Assembly: GCA_963768855.1 (NCBI GenBank)
Contig: CAVYJM010000007.1
Coordinates: 32,001-96,000, forward strand
Source: an uncultured Thermoplasmata archaeon
GTDB lineage: Archaea; Thermoplasmatota; Thermoplasmata; RBG-16-68-12
Length of the DNA stretch: 64,000 nt
Reading direction: 5' to 3'
Under the pieces are notes generated by a model. The model saw only the letters and a program-made list of their open reading frames with translations. It did not search any database and was not told where the DNA came from. Both the position numbers and the translations under genes were made by a program. This document shows positions 47,755 to 56,494 of this stretch, piece by piece. The stretch's first letter is position 1, and each line of letters starts with the position of its first letter.

Positions 47755-48918
47755 ATGCGGCTCACTGCCAGGCAGGCCCGGCTGGGCCGGGAGGGGAGCG
47801 CGGCGCAGCGGAAGGCGCTCCAGCTCCTCGTCGCCCTGGGGGACCTCTATGAGGCGGAGCGCCTCGTGCCCGTCACCTCCACCCATGTCTCCGGGGCGTC
47901 GTACAAGCTGATCGGCGATGCCGGCGTCGAGTTCCTTGAGGACTTCGCGAAGGACGCGCGCGTGGCCGTCCCGACGACCGTGAACCCCCTCGGCACGGAC
48001 CTCCAGCAATGGAGGGAGCTCGGCATTCCCGAGGCGTTCGCGGAGCACCAGGCCCGCGTGGCCCGCGCCTACGAAGCCATGGGCGCACGGCCCGTGTACT
48101 CGTGCACGCCCTACCTGCTCGGGGTCCGCCCCCGGCTCGGCGAGCACGTCGCCTGGTCCGAGTCAAACGCGGTCTGCTTCGCGAACTCGGTCCTGGGCGC
48201 CCGGACGAATCGGGAGGGCGGACCCTCCGCTCTCGCGGCGGCGATCGTCGGGGCGACGCCCGACTACGGGTTGCACCGGGACACCGGCCGCCAGCCCACG
48301 GTCGTGTTCGACGTGCGGACCAAGCTGGAGGGCATCGGCTTCTCGCTCCTCGGACTTCTGGCAGGCAAAGAGACGGGCGACGGCCTCCCGTACTTCCGTG
48401 GCTTCCGCGCCTCCGAGGAGGACCTCAAGTGGCTCGGCGCGGCGGTCGCCTCGTCCGGCAGCGTCGGGATGTTCCACCTCGAACGGATGACGCCGGAGTG
48501 GCGGCGGGCGAGGACCCGCGGCCTGCCGAAGGTCGTGGTGACCGCTCGGGACCTGAAGGAAGTACAGAAGCACTACACGGATGGCGAGGAGGCGGACCTC
48601 ATCGCGCTCGGCTCGCCCCAGCTCTCCGGGGACGAACTTCGGACGATCGCGGCCCTCGTGGACCAAAGTCCCCCGCGAATCCCCGTGTGGGTCTTCACGA
48701 GCCGGGCGGTCCGTGAGGCCTGCCCGGAGGCCGTTGCATCGATCGAGCGGTGCGGGGGCCGCGTCCTCGCGGACACGTGTCTCGAGGTCACCCTGCTCGA
48801 GCACCGGTTCCATACGGTCGCCACGCCTTCCGGCAAGGGGGCCTACTACCTCCCGAGCCTGTGCCGGCAGAAGGTCATCTTGGACGACATCGAGACACTC
48901 CTGGAGCGATACGCATGA
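47755..48918 (+). CDS. Aconitase X catalytic subunit, putative phosphomevalonate dehydratase large subunit
   Basis: HVSGASY, TTVNP, SCTPY, WSESNAVCFANSVLGARTNREGGPSAL, GMFH, DTC, SGKGAYY. Confidence 0.88.
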   Translation: MRLTARQARLGREGSAAQRKALQLLVALGDLYEAERLVPVTSTHVSGASYKLIGDAGVEFLEDFAKDARVAVPTTVNPLGTDLQQWRELGIPEAFAEHQARVARAYEAMGARPVYSCTPYLLGVRPRLGEHVAWSESNAVCFANSVLGARTNREGGPSALAAAIVGATPDYGLHRDTGRQPTVVFDVRTKLEGIGFSLLGLLAGKETGDGLPYFRGFRASEEDLKWLGAAVASSGSVGMFHLERMTPEWRRARTRGLPKVVVTARDLKEVQKHYTDGEEADLIALGSPQLSGDELRTIAALVDQSPPRIPVWVFTSRAVREACPEAVASIERCGGRVLADTCLEVTLLEHRFHTVATPSGKGAYYLPSLCRQKVILDDIETLLERYA

Positions 48919-49700
48919 GGCTCCCCGCCCGCCGCATCTCCCCGGGCCGGGCCGAGGGGAGGGCCCTCGTAAGCCCTGTGCCCTTCTCGTTCGTCGGCGG
49001 TGCGGACCCGGAGAAGGGGACCGTCCTCGACGAGGCCACCGGCTGCCGCGGGGAGCCGCTCGCGGGGCGGGTGTTCGCGTTCCCGCAGGGGAAGGGGAGC
49101 ACGGTGGGCTCCTACGCGATCTACGGGCTCGCGAAACGCGGAATCGGACCCGCCGCGCTCCTGAACGAGCGGGCCGAAGCGATCGTCGCCGCAGGGGCCA
49201 TCCTGGGCGGCGTGCCGATGGTCGACCGCGTGGACCTCGGCGCCTTCGTCACGGGCGACTGGGTGATCGTCGACGCGGACCGAGGGCGCGTTGACCTCCC
49301 GGAGGTCACCCCGCGGCCCGTGGTGAGCGCCTTCCTCCGGAATCGAGGGCGCTTCCTGGTGTTGCGGCGGAGCGATCGCGTGGGCAGCTTCCGGGGACGG
49401 TGGTCCGCGGTCTCCGGCTACATCGAGGGTCGCGAGGATCCGCGGGACCGGGCGGCCCAAGAGATCCGGGAGGAGACGCAAGCCAAGGGCGCGCGCTTCC
49501 GGAAGGCCGCGAATCCGCTGTACACGCGGGATGGCGCGACTGCGTTCATCGTGCACCCGTTCCTCTTCGACGTCCCCTCGCGACGCGTCACGCTCGACTG
49601 GGAGAACCTCGAGCACCGTTGGATTGCGCCGTCCGAGCTCGCGACCCTGGACACGGTTCCCCGGCTGGGAATTGTCTTAGACCGACTTTTGCACGGCTAG
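48915..49700 (+). CDS. Aconitase X swivel (DUF126-like) small subunit fused to a C-terminal Nudix domain
   Basis: GRAEGRALVS, FPQGKGSTVGSY, IVAAGAILGGVPMVD, then VVSAFL..RRS..WSAVSGYIE..EIREET, LDWE, W..P.EL. Confidence 0.85.
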   Translation: MRLPARRISPGRAEGRALVSPVPFSFVGGADPEKGTVLDEATGCRGEPLAGRVFAFPQGKGSTVGSYAIYGLAKRGIGPAALLNERAEAIVAAGAILGGVPMVDRVDLGAFVTGDWVIVDADRGRVDLPEVTPRPVVSAFLRNRGRFLVLRRSDRVGSFRGRWSAVSGYIEGREDPRDRAAQEIREETQAKGARFRKAANPLYTRDGATAFIVHPFLFDVPSRRVTLDWENLEHRWIAPSELATLDTVPRLGIVLDRLLHG

Positions 49701-49745
49701 TACTTGCGCAAAGGTTAAGCAACGCGGCGCGTGCTTGACGGTTCC

Positions 49746-50816
49746 ATGGCAAAGCGGGGTCTCACCGGCAACGAGAAGCACGTCCTGTACGGGCTCGTCC
49801 GGCACCCCGTGCTGAACGACCGCGAGCTCTCGGAACTCTTGAACATCAAGGTGTCCACAGTCACCGCCATCCGCCGTCGCCTCCGGCGCGCGGAGTACTT
49901 CGTCACGCGACGCGTCCCGATGATGCACCGGCTCGGCTGGGAGCTCCTCTACGGCGGCTCGGCGCGCCTGGACCTGACGCAGGGCGGGCAGGTCCTCCCG
50001 CGGCTCCGCGAGATCCTGAAGGACCGTTTCCCCGATCTCTTCCACATCGTCGCCTCGGCCGACCGCCTGTCGTTCCTGGGATTCGCCCGGAACTACACGG
50101 CCGCCCGACAGCAGGTCGACGAGCTCCGCCAGGCCCTGGACCGAGCGAAGCTCCTCGGCGACGCGGATCTGCACCTGACCGCGTTCCCCATGAGCCTCTC
50201 GGCCCTCCCGACGTTCTTCGATTACAGCCACTCCCTCGCCCTCGCCTTCGAGATCGACGACCGCCTCGGCATCAAGCTGGATCGGGCGAAGACCGGGGAC
50301 ATCGAGCTCACCCGCAAGGAGACGGAGGTCCTCAAGGGACTCGTGCGGTTCCCTGAGCTGAGCGACAAGGCGCTCGCGCAACGAGTCAAGGTCTCCCGCC
50401 AGGCCGTGTCGAAGATGCGGCGCGAGTTCGAGGGAGAAGGGTTGCTTCGGACGGCCCGTGTGCCCAACCTGCGGCTCCTGGGCTTCGAGCTCTATGTGAC
50501 GGCCTTCGCCCAGTTCCGCCCCTCGGCCCCGCTGAAATCCCGGGCGGATGCTTTCGAACGGCTCCTCCGGACTACGTCCACGTTCTTCCTCATCTCCGAC
50601 GAGTCGGACGCGATCGTCATCGGCACGTCGCTGTCGTACGAGCAGTTCTCGATCCTGAATGTCGGGCTCACGAAGCACTTTCAAGAGCGGGGCTTCCTGG
50701 CCTCCGACCCGGAGATCCACGTCGGGCTGACCGCCTCGACGGAGATCCTACGCAACTGCGAGTTCGGGCCGATCGTCCAGTCCCTCACGGTTCCGGAGCC
50801 GAAGTCGAGCCGATGA
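49746..50816 (+). CDS. Transcriptional regulator with two tandem HTH + effector-like repeats (Lrp/AsnC-like)
   Basis: LTGNEKHVLYGLVRHPVLNDRELS..STVTAIRRRL and LTRKETEVLKGLVRFPELSDKALA..QAVSKMRREF, each followed by P...LG.EL. Confidence 0.75.
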   Translation: MAKRGLTGNEKHVLYGLVRHPVLNDRELSELLNIKVSTVTAIRRRLRRAEYFVTRRVPMMHRLGWELLYGGSARLDLTQGGQVLPRLREILKDRFPDLFHIVASADRLSFLGFARNYTAARQQVDELRQALDRAKLLGDADLHLTAFPMSLSALPTFFDYSHSLALAFEIDDRLGIKLDRAKTGDIELTRKETEVLKGLVRFPELSDKALAQRVKVSRQAVSKMRREFEGEGLLRTARVPNLRLLGFELYVTAFAQFRPSAPLKSRADAFERLLRTTSTFFLISDESDAIVIGTSLSYEQFSILNVGLTKHFQERGFLASDPEIHVGLTASTEILRNCEFGPIVQSLTVPEPKSSR

Positions 50817-53800
50817 CCTGGTCCACCTCGCGCTCCAGAAGCGTGAGCTGGTGGTTCTCGAGCGCGGAAGGGCTCACGGACAACAGGAGGATCCCGTTGC
50901 TGATCGCGACCTGGTCGCGCATGGCCTGCACGAGCCGCAGGACCGTGAGGAAGTTGTTGTTCGTCACCAGGTACTCGATCCCGTCCAGGAGGACGACCCC
51001 CCGCTCGCGGCCGACGAACTGCTCGACGGACAGGGAGAGCTTCTCGAGGTCCTTCGGGCGGATCGCGTCCTCCTTGCCGACGTTGCTCAGCCACAGGATG
51101 GACAGATCCTCGGCGCCGAAGCGTTCCCGCAGCTTCTGGGGATAGACGCGCGTCACGCACAGACCGCGGAGGCCAGAGGCAGTCGCCTCTTGGAACAGGC
51201 GGTAGACCTCGCCCGGCTGGTCCTCTTCGACCAGGTACGTGGAGGACCCGCGGAGCGGCGCTCGGCCGGTCGCGGCGATCGAACCGGGCTCCGCCTTGGC
51301 GGCGGGCTTCTGGCGCGCGCCACAGGAGGGACACACCTCGGAGCCGGCGAGGATGAAATCTCCGCAGGCGACGCAGGCGGTCCGGGACGCACCCGGGACT
51401 CCGGGCACAGGGGCGGCCAGGGACAGCCCGCAGACGGGGCAGGAGTCCTCGCCTGGCGGGATCGGGGCGTTGCACCGCGAACAGGTGACCGTCTGGTCCG
51501 TGACGGGCTCCGCGCAGCGCGGGCACCGGCGGGTCCCCCTGGCGAGTGGCGCGCCGCAGACGGGACAGGGGATGAGAGCCTCCGCGGGGGAGGACAGCGA
51601 CTCGACGATCCGGGCCGCATCGCCGGGCTCGAGGCCCTCGATCGCCGCAAGCTCCTGCCGGGAGGCGGCGCGGAGAGCCGCGAGGCTCTTGTATCCTGCG
51701 TCGAAGAGACGCATGGCCTTCCCGGCCGTGACGCCGGGGATGCGCGTGAACTCGCGCAGGGCCTCGGCCATGTGGAGAGGGGTCAGGCCGACCGTCACGG
51801 TCTGACCGCTCACATCGTTCCATTCCACGACGTACTCGGCCTGGACGTCCCGGTCCACGAGGGAGAGGATGCGGGACCGGGTCTCCCGGGCCACCAAGTC
51901 TCTCTGGGAATCGAGCGCGGCAGCCAGGTCGCGGCTCGCCTTGAGCGTCGTGACGACGTAATCGTCCACGTCGAGGTCGATGTCCTTCCGCATCTGCTGG
52001 ATTCGACGGATGACCTCGCGCGCGTATCCCTCCGCCTGGATCTCCGGGGTTACGCGCATGTCGATGTAGAGTTCCCCGTGCGGCGTCCGGACCACGGCGA
52101 CGTCTTCCGGCAGTTTGCGGTCGAAGCGGACCATGCTCGGCTCGATCGTGACGATCTGACCCTCGACCCCGATCGAGAAGGAGCCCCTGTCCAACGCGCG
52201 CTTCACCTCGTCGGGCGGACGGCTCTCGAGGATCGAGGCGATCTTGGGCCAGAGAGCGCGGTACGCCTTGCCGATTGACGCGGGATCGGGCTTGAGGACG
52301 AGCGCGAGGCCGGGGAAATCCTCCTGCGGCTGAAGGACCGCCAGCTCCTTCGCGTTGGACTGCTCCAGGAAGATGGACCGCAGGGTCGTCAAGGCGGACG
52401 CGGCCCCGGGGGTGAGCCCCTTTCCGGCGATCAGCCGGACGGGCCACCGCAGCTTGCGCCCGCTCTTCTGCCGCTCCTTCGAGACCGCCTCGACGAGCTC
52501 CTGGACGATGGCCATCGACGCCTCGAGGTCCGCGTCGACGCGCTCCGGGTGCGGCTCCGGCCAGTCGAGCATGTGCACGCTGAGCCGGCGTCCGTCCAAG
52601 TGCTGGTACACCGCCTCCGCGATGTGCGGCGTCAGCGGGGCGAGGAGCTTGGCGAGGGTCAGGAGCGTCTCATGGAGGACGTGGTAGGCGGCCAGCTTCC
52701 CTTTGTCGTCCGCGTCGATCCACGTGCGCTCCCGCGCGAGCTTGACGTACCAGCGGGACAGGTCGTCCAGGATGAACGCATCGACCGCGCGGTACGCCCG
52801 GTGCATCGCGTAGGTCTCCATCGCCTTGTCGAAGGCCGCCTTCAGGCCCTCGAGTCGGGAAAGGAGCCAGCGGTCCTCGGGGCGGAGATGGTCGGCGAGG
52901 GATGCCAGGTCGTCCTTCGTCGGGTCGAAGCGGTCGAGGGTCATGTAAGTCGTCGCGAACCGCAGAACGTTCCACAGGATGTTGAGGGTGCGATGGCACG
53001 TCCGGACGCCCTCCTCCTGGAACGTGATGTCGTCCCAGATCGCGTTGACGGAGACGACGTAGAAGCGCAACGGGTCCACGCCGAACTTGGCGATGACCGT
53101 GGCGGGCTCGATCACGTTCCCCAGGCTCTTGTGCATCTGCCGCCCGTCGGGCCCGTTGACCCACCCGTGCATCAGGACGGCATCGTAGGGCGCCCGGTCA
53201 AAGGCGACCACGCCCGCGGCGAGCTGGGAGTAGAACCAGCCTCGCGTCTGGTCCGGACCCTCGACGATCCACTTCCCGGGCCACCATCGCTTGAACTCGT
53301 CCTCTCGCGACGGGTAGCCGAGGCTCGCCCAGCTCGCCACGCCGCTGTCGAACCACACGTCGAGCACGTCCTTGATGCGGTTCATGTCTCCGCCGCACTT
53401 CTCGCACGGCACGACGACGGCGTCGATCCACGGCCGGTGGAGGTCCATGCCCGGGGTGTAGCCCTTCGCGCGGCGGAGCTCGTCCGAGGAGCCGACCACG
53501 GTCCAGGCCGCGCACTTCGCGCACCGCCAGATCGGCAGCGGGATGCCCCAGTACCGCTGGCGGGAGAGGCACCAGTCCTTCAGGTTCCGGGTCCAGTCCG
53601 CCTCCCGCGCGGACCCGGCCCAGTCCGGGTACCACTTCACCCGCGCGATCTCCTCGAGCATCCGACCCTTGACGTCCGTCACCTTGAGGAACCACTGGAC
53701 CGTGGCGCGGAACAGGATCGGCGTCTTGCACCGCCAGCAGTGCCCGTAGGAGTGGGTGACCTTGTCCTCCGCGAAGAGGGCATGGAGCGTCTTCAGATCC

Positions 53801-54936
53801 TCGACGATGACCGGGTTCGCCTCGCGCACGTGCATGCCGGCGTAGGCGCCCGCGTCCGCGACGTACCGGCCGCGCTCGTCGACGGGGGAGAAGGTCGGGA
53901 TCCCGAGGCGCTGCCCGAGCTCGAAGTCCTCGGGTCCGTGACCCGGAGCGCTGTGGACGAGGCCCGTCCGCTCCGCCTCGACGATGTCGGAGGGGACGAC
54001 CTTGTGGACCCATTGACCCTGGACGTTCGCCTGGTACGGCACCTTCGGGGCGAGCGGGTTGACGTACGCGGTCCCGAGGAGCTCCGCGCCCTTCGCCTTC
54101 GAGACGACCTCGTAGACCTTCACGCCCCCGAGGGCCATGACCGCCGGGACGGCCGACTCGAGGAGCCAGAGGAACTCGGACCGCTCTCCGTGCGAGACGC
54201 GCACCTTGGCGTACGTGAAGTCGGGATGGGCGGCGATCGCCATGTTCGCGGGGAGCGTCCACGGCGTCGTGGTCCAGATGAGGAGGGACTCGTTCGGCCG
54301 CTCCGCGAGGGGGAACTTGACGTAGACGGACAGGTCCGTCTCGTCCGCGTACTCGACCTCGGCCTCCGCGAGCGCGGTCTCGCATCGGGCGCACCACTGC
54401 AGGGAGCGGAGGGCCTCGTACAGGAGACCGCGCTCGAAGGCCCGCCGGAAGGTCCACCAGGCGCCCTCGATGTACTCGTTCTTGATCGTCATGTACGGGC
54501 GCTCCCAGTCGAGCCAGACGCCGAGGGACTGGAACGCCACGTTCATCTTGCCGAGGAGGTCGACGGAGAAGTCGCGGCAGGCGTTCACGAACTTCTCGAT
54601 CCCGAGCTCCTCGATCTCCTTCTTGTTCGTGATGCCGAGGGTCTTCTCGACCTGGACCTCGATCGGGAGGCCGTGCATGTCGTACCCGGCCTGGTCCCGC
54701 ACGTGGTACCCGTGCATCCGCCGCCACCGCACGACCGCGTCCTTCACGGTCTTGTTCAGGACCTGGCCCAGGTGGATCGCGCCGGTCGTGTACGGGGGTC
54801 CGTCCACGAAGTAGTAGTCCTTGTCCTTCTCGCGCGCGGCGACCGTCTTCGCGTACGCCCTCGTGCGCACCCAGAAGTCTTGGACCGATTTCTCCAACTC
54901 GAGGGGCTTGTACTCGCTCTCCGCCTGCTTGATCAT
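50785..54936 (-). CDS. ileS: Isoleucine-tRNA ligase with C-terminal HhH + zinc-ribbon + DUF835 extension
   Basis: DGPPYTTG.IHLG, GYDMHGLPIE, WTTTPWTLP.N, GLVHSAPGHG, SRQRYWG.PLP, EGPDQTRGWF, QMHKSLGN, WYV; the frame continues 328 aa without a stop. Confidence 0.96.
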   Translation of the reverse strand: MIKQAESEYKPLELEKSVQDFWVRTRAYAKTVAAREKDKDYYFVDGPPYTTGAIHLGQVLNKTVKDAVVRWRRMHGYHVRDQAGYDMHGLPIEVQVEKTLGITNKKEIEELGIEKFVNACRDFSVDLLGKMNVAFQSLGVWLDWERPYMTIKNEYIEGAWWTFRRAFERGLLYEALRSLQWCARCETALAEAEVEYADETDLSVYVKFPLAERPNESLLIWTTTPWTLPANMAIAAHPDFTYAKVRVSHGERSEFLWLLESAVPAVMALGGVKVYEVVSKAKGAELLGTAYVNPLAPKVPYQANVQGQWVHKVVPSDIVEAERTGLVHSAPGHGPEDFELGQRLGIPTFSPVDERGRYVADAGAYAGMHVREANPVIVEDLKTLHALFAEDKVTHSYGHCWRCKTPILFRATVQWFLKVTDVKGRMLEEIARVKWYPDWAGSAREADWTRNLKDWCLSRQRYWGIPLPIWRCAKCAAWTVVGSSDELRRAKGYTPGMDLHRPWIDAVVVPCEKCGGDMNRIKDVLDVWFDSGVASWASLGYPSREDEFKRWWPGKWIVEGPDQTRGWFYSQLAAGVVAFDRAPYDAVLMHGWVNGPDGRQMHKSLGNVIEPATVIAKFGVDPLRFYVVSVNAIWDDITFQEEGVRTCHRTLNILWNVLRFATTYMTLDRFDPTKDDLASLADHLRPEDRWLLSRLEGLKAAFDKAMETYAMHRAYRAVDAFILDDLSRWYVKLARERTWIDADDKGKLAAYHVLHETLLTLAKLLAPLTPHIAEAVYQHLDGRRLSVHMLDWPEPHPERVDADLEASMAIVQELVEAVSKERQKSGRKLRWPVRLIAGKGLTPGAASALTTLRSIFLEQSNAKELAVLQPQEDFPGLALVLKPDPASIGKAYRALWPKIASILESRPPDEVKRALDRGSFSIGVEGQIVTIEPSMVRFDRKLPEDVAVVRTPHGELYIDMRVTPEIQAEGYAREVIRRIQQMRKDIDLDVDDYVVTTLKASRDLAAALDSQRDLVARETRSRILSLVDRDVQAEYVVEWNDVSGQTVTVGLTPLHMAEALREFTRIPGVTAGKAMRLFDAGYKSLAALRAASRQELAAIEGLEPGDAARIVESLSSPAEALIPCPVCGAPLARGTRRCPRCAEPVTDQTVTCSRCNAPIPPGEDSCPVCGLSLAAPVPGVPGASRTACVACGDFILAGSEVCPSCGARQKPAAKAEPGSIAATGRAPLRGSSTYLVEEDQPGEVYRLFQEATASGLRGLCVTRVYPQKLRERFGAEDLSILWLSNVGKEDAIRPKDLEKLSLSVEQFVGRERGVVLLDGIEYLVTNNNFLTVLRLVQAMRDQVAISNGILLLSVSPSALENHQLTLLEREVDQVIGSTSAPEP

Positions 54937-55157
54937 CGCAGCCCCCTCCCGGGGGAAACGCGGCGCCCGCGGGGCTTTCTCTTCGCACCGCGGAAGCTGG
55001 CGGTCCCATCCGGCAAGCGGTATTAAAACATGTGGAGCCCGCCGTCATCGAGGCGAGGGCCGGGAGCGAGATTTGGACTCGCGTCAAGGGATCCACAGTC
55101 CCCTAGCATTACCAGGCTAGCCCATCCCGGCCGCGTCGCGCCGATACGAGGGGGCCT

Positions 55158-55424
55158 TTATAGGACTTTGGTCTCGTCATCAAGACGGAGCCGACTCGCG
55201 AAGCCCCAGACCAGTGAGAGCGCGACGAGCACGAGGAGAATCCCGAGGATCATCCCGCCGAGGAAGACGAGGATGTCCTCCGGGAGGAGCCAGGCGCCGA
55301 ACCCGGAGACGAACAGGACGACAATCCCCAGCCCGCCCACGCGCACGCTGAGCTTCGCCTTGCGCTGGGACTGCTCCTTCGCCTCCCGCTCCCGCTCCGC
55401 GGCCGTCCCGCGCGGCCTGGCCAT
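55158..55424 (-). CDS. Small 2-TM membrane protein
   Basis: Charged N-terminus followed by two TM helices. Confidence 0.65.
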   Translation of the reverse strand: MARPRGTAAEREREAKEQSQRKAKLSVRVGGLGIVVLFVSGFGAWLLPEDILVFLGGMILGILLVLVALSLVWGFASRLRLDDETKVL

Positions 55425-55518
55425 CGCTCCTCCAACCGCCCGCGGTTATTTGACTTCTCCCCCGAGCACACATCGTCCATGCGCAAACGTCAAGTAGCGC
55501 TCCACGAATCGACCGGAC

Positions 55519-56448
55519 ATGGCGCCCAAGCGCGACTTCCTCTCCATGCTCGACGTCGAGAAGGACCTCGTCGGGGTCCTCGAGCTCGCCGCGAGCATCA
55601 AGAACCGGACCAAAGCGGGCGAACACTACGAGCCCCTGCGGGGGAAGAGCCTCGCGATGATCTTCGAGAAGGCGTCCACCCGTACCCGGGTCTCCTTCGA
55701 GGTCGGCATGACCCAGCTCGGCGGCCACGCGCTCTTCCTCTCCCCCAATGACCTCCAGATTGGCCGCGGCGAGACGATCGCCGACACCGCGCGGGTGCTG
55801 AGCCGCTTCGTCGACGGCATCATGTACCGTGCCTACAAGAGCGAGAATGTCCGCGAACTCGCGAAGAACGCCAGCATCCCCGTGATCAACGGCCTGGACG
55901 ACAAGGAACATCCGTGCCAGATCGTCGCCGACCTCATGACGATCGTCGAGCACAAGGGGGACCTCAAGCGACTCAAGCTCGCGTACGTGGGGGACGGGAA
56001 CAACGTGTGCAACAGCCTCCTCGTCGGAGCCGCCGAGGTCGGGATGCACGCGACCGCCGGTACGCCCAAGGGATTCGAACCCGACGCCCATCTCCTCTCC
56101 GAGGCGCGGCGGATCGGCAAGGCCACCGGCGCCCGCATCGACGTGGTCCACGACCCCTTCGAAGCCGTGAAGGGCGCGGATGTCCTGTACACGGACGTCT
56201 GGGTGTCCATGGGCATGGAGAAGGAGAGGGAGGAGCGGGAGCGCATCTTCCTGCCGTACCAGGTGAACGCGAAACTCGTGGCCGCGGCGAAGAAGGACGC
56301 AATCGTCCTTCACTGCCTCCCGGCCCACCGGGGCCTCGAGATCACGGACGAGGTCGTGGATGGCCCGCAGAGCGTCGTCTTCGACGAGGCCGAGAACCGG
56401 CTGCACGCGCAGAAGGCGATCCTCGTCCGCCTCCTAGGCGGCGAGTGA
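55519..56448 (+). CDS. argF: Ornithine carbamoyltransferase
   Basis: FEKASTRTR, HPCQ, GDGNNV, TDVWVSMG, HCLPAHRG. Confidence 0.96.
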   Translation: MAPKRDFLSMLDVEKDLVGVLELAASIKNRTKAGEHYEPLRGKSLAMIFEKASTRTRVSFEVGMTQLGGHALFLSPNDLQIGRGETIADTARVLSRFVDGIMYRAYKSENVRELAKNASIPVINGLDDKEHPCQIVADLMTIVEHKGDLKRLKLAYVGDGNNVCNSLLVGAAEVGMHATAGTPKGFEPDAHLLSEARRIGKATGARIDVVHDPFEAVKGADVLYTDVWVSMGMEKEREERERIFLPYQVNAKLVAAAKKDAIVLHCLPAHRGLEITDEVVDGPQSVVFDEAENRLHAQKAILVRLLGGE

Positions 56449-56494
56449 CCTCCCGCGGCAAGCCGTATATAGAGCGTGAATCCTGCCGGGCCGG

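Noticed and set aside
52549-55026. Long antisense ORFs (825 aa here; also 20375-22492, 12497-14275, 34880-36388 and others)
   Set aside because: Typical stop-poor antisense frames of high-GC genes with no independent motifs.
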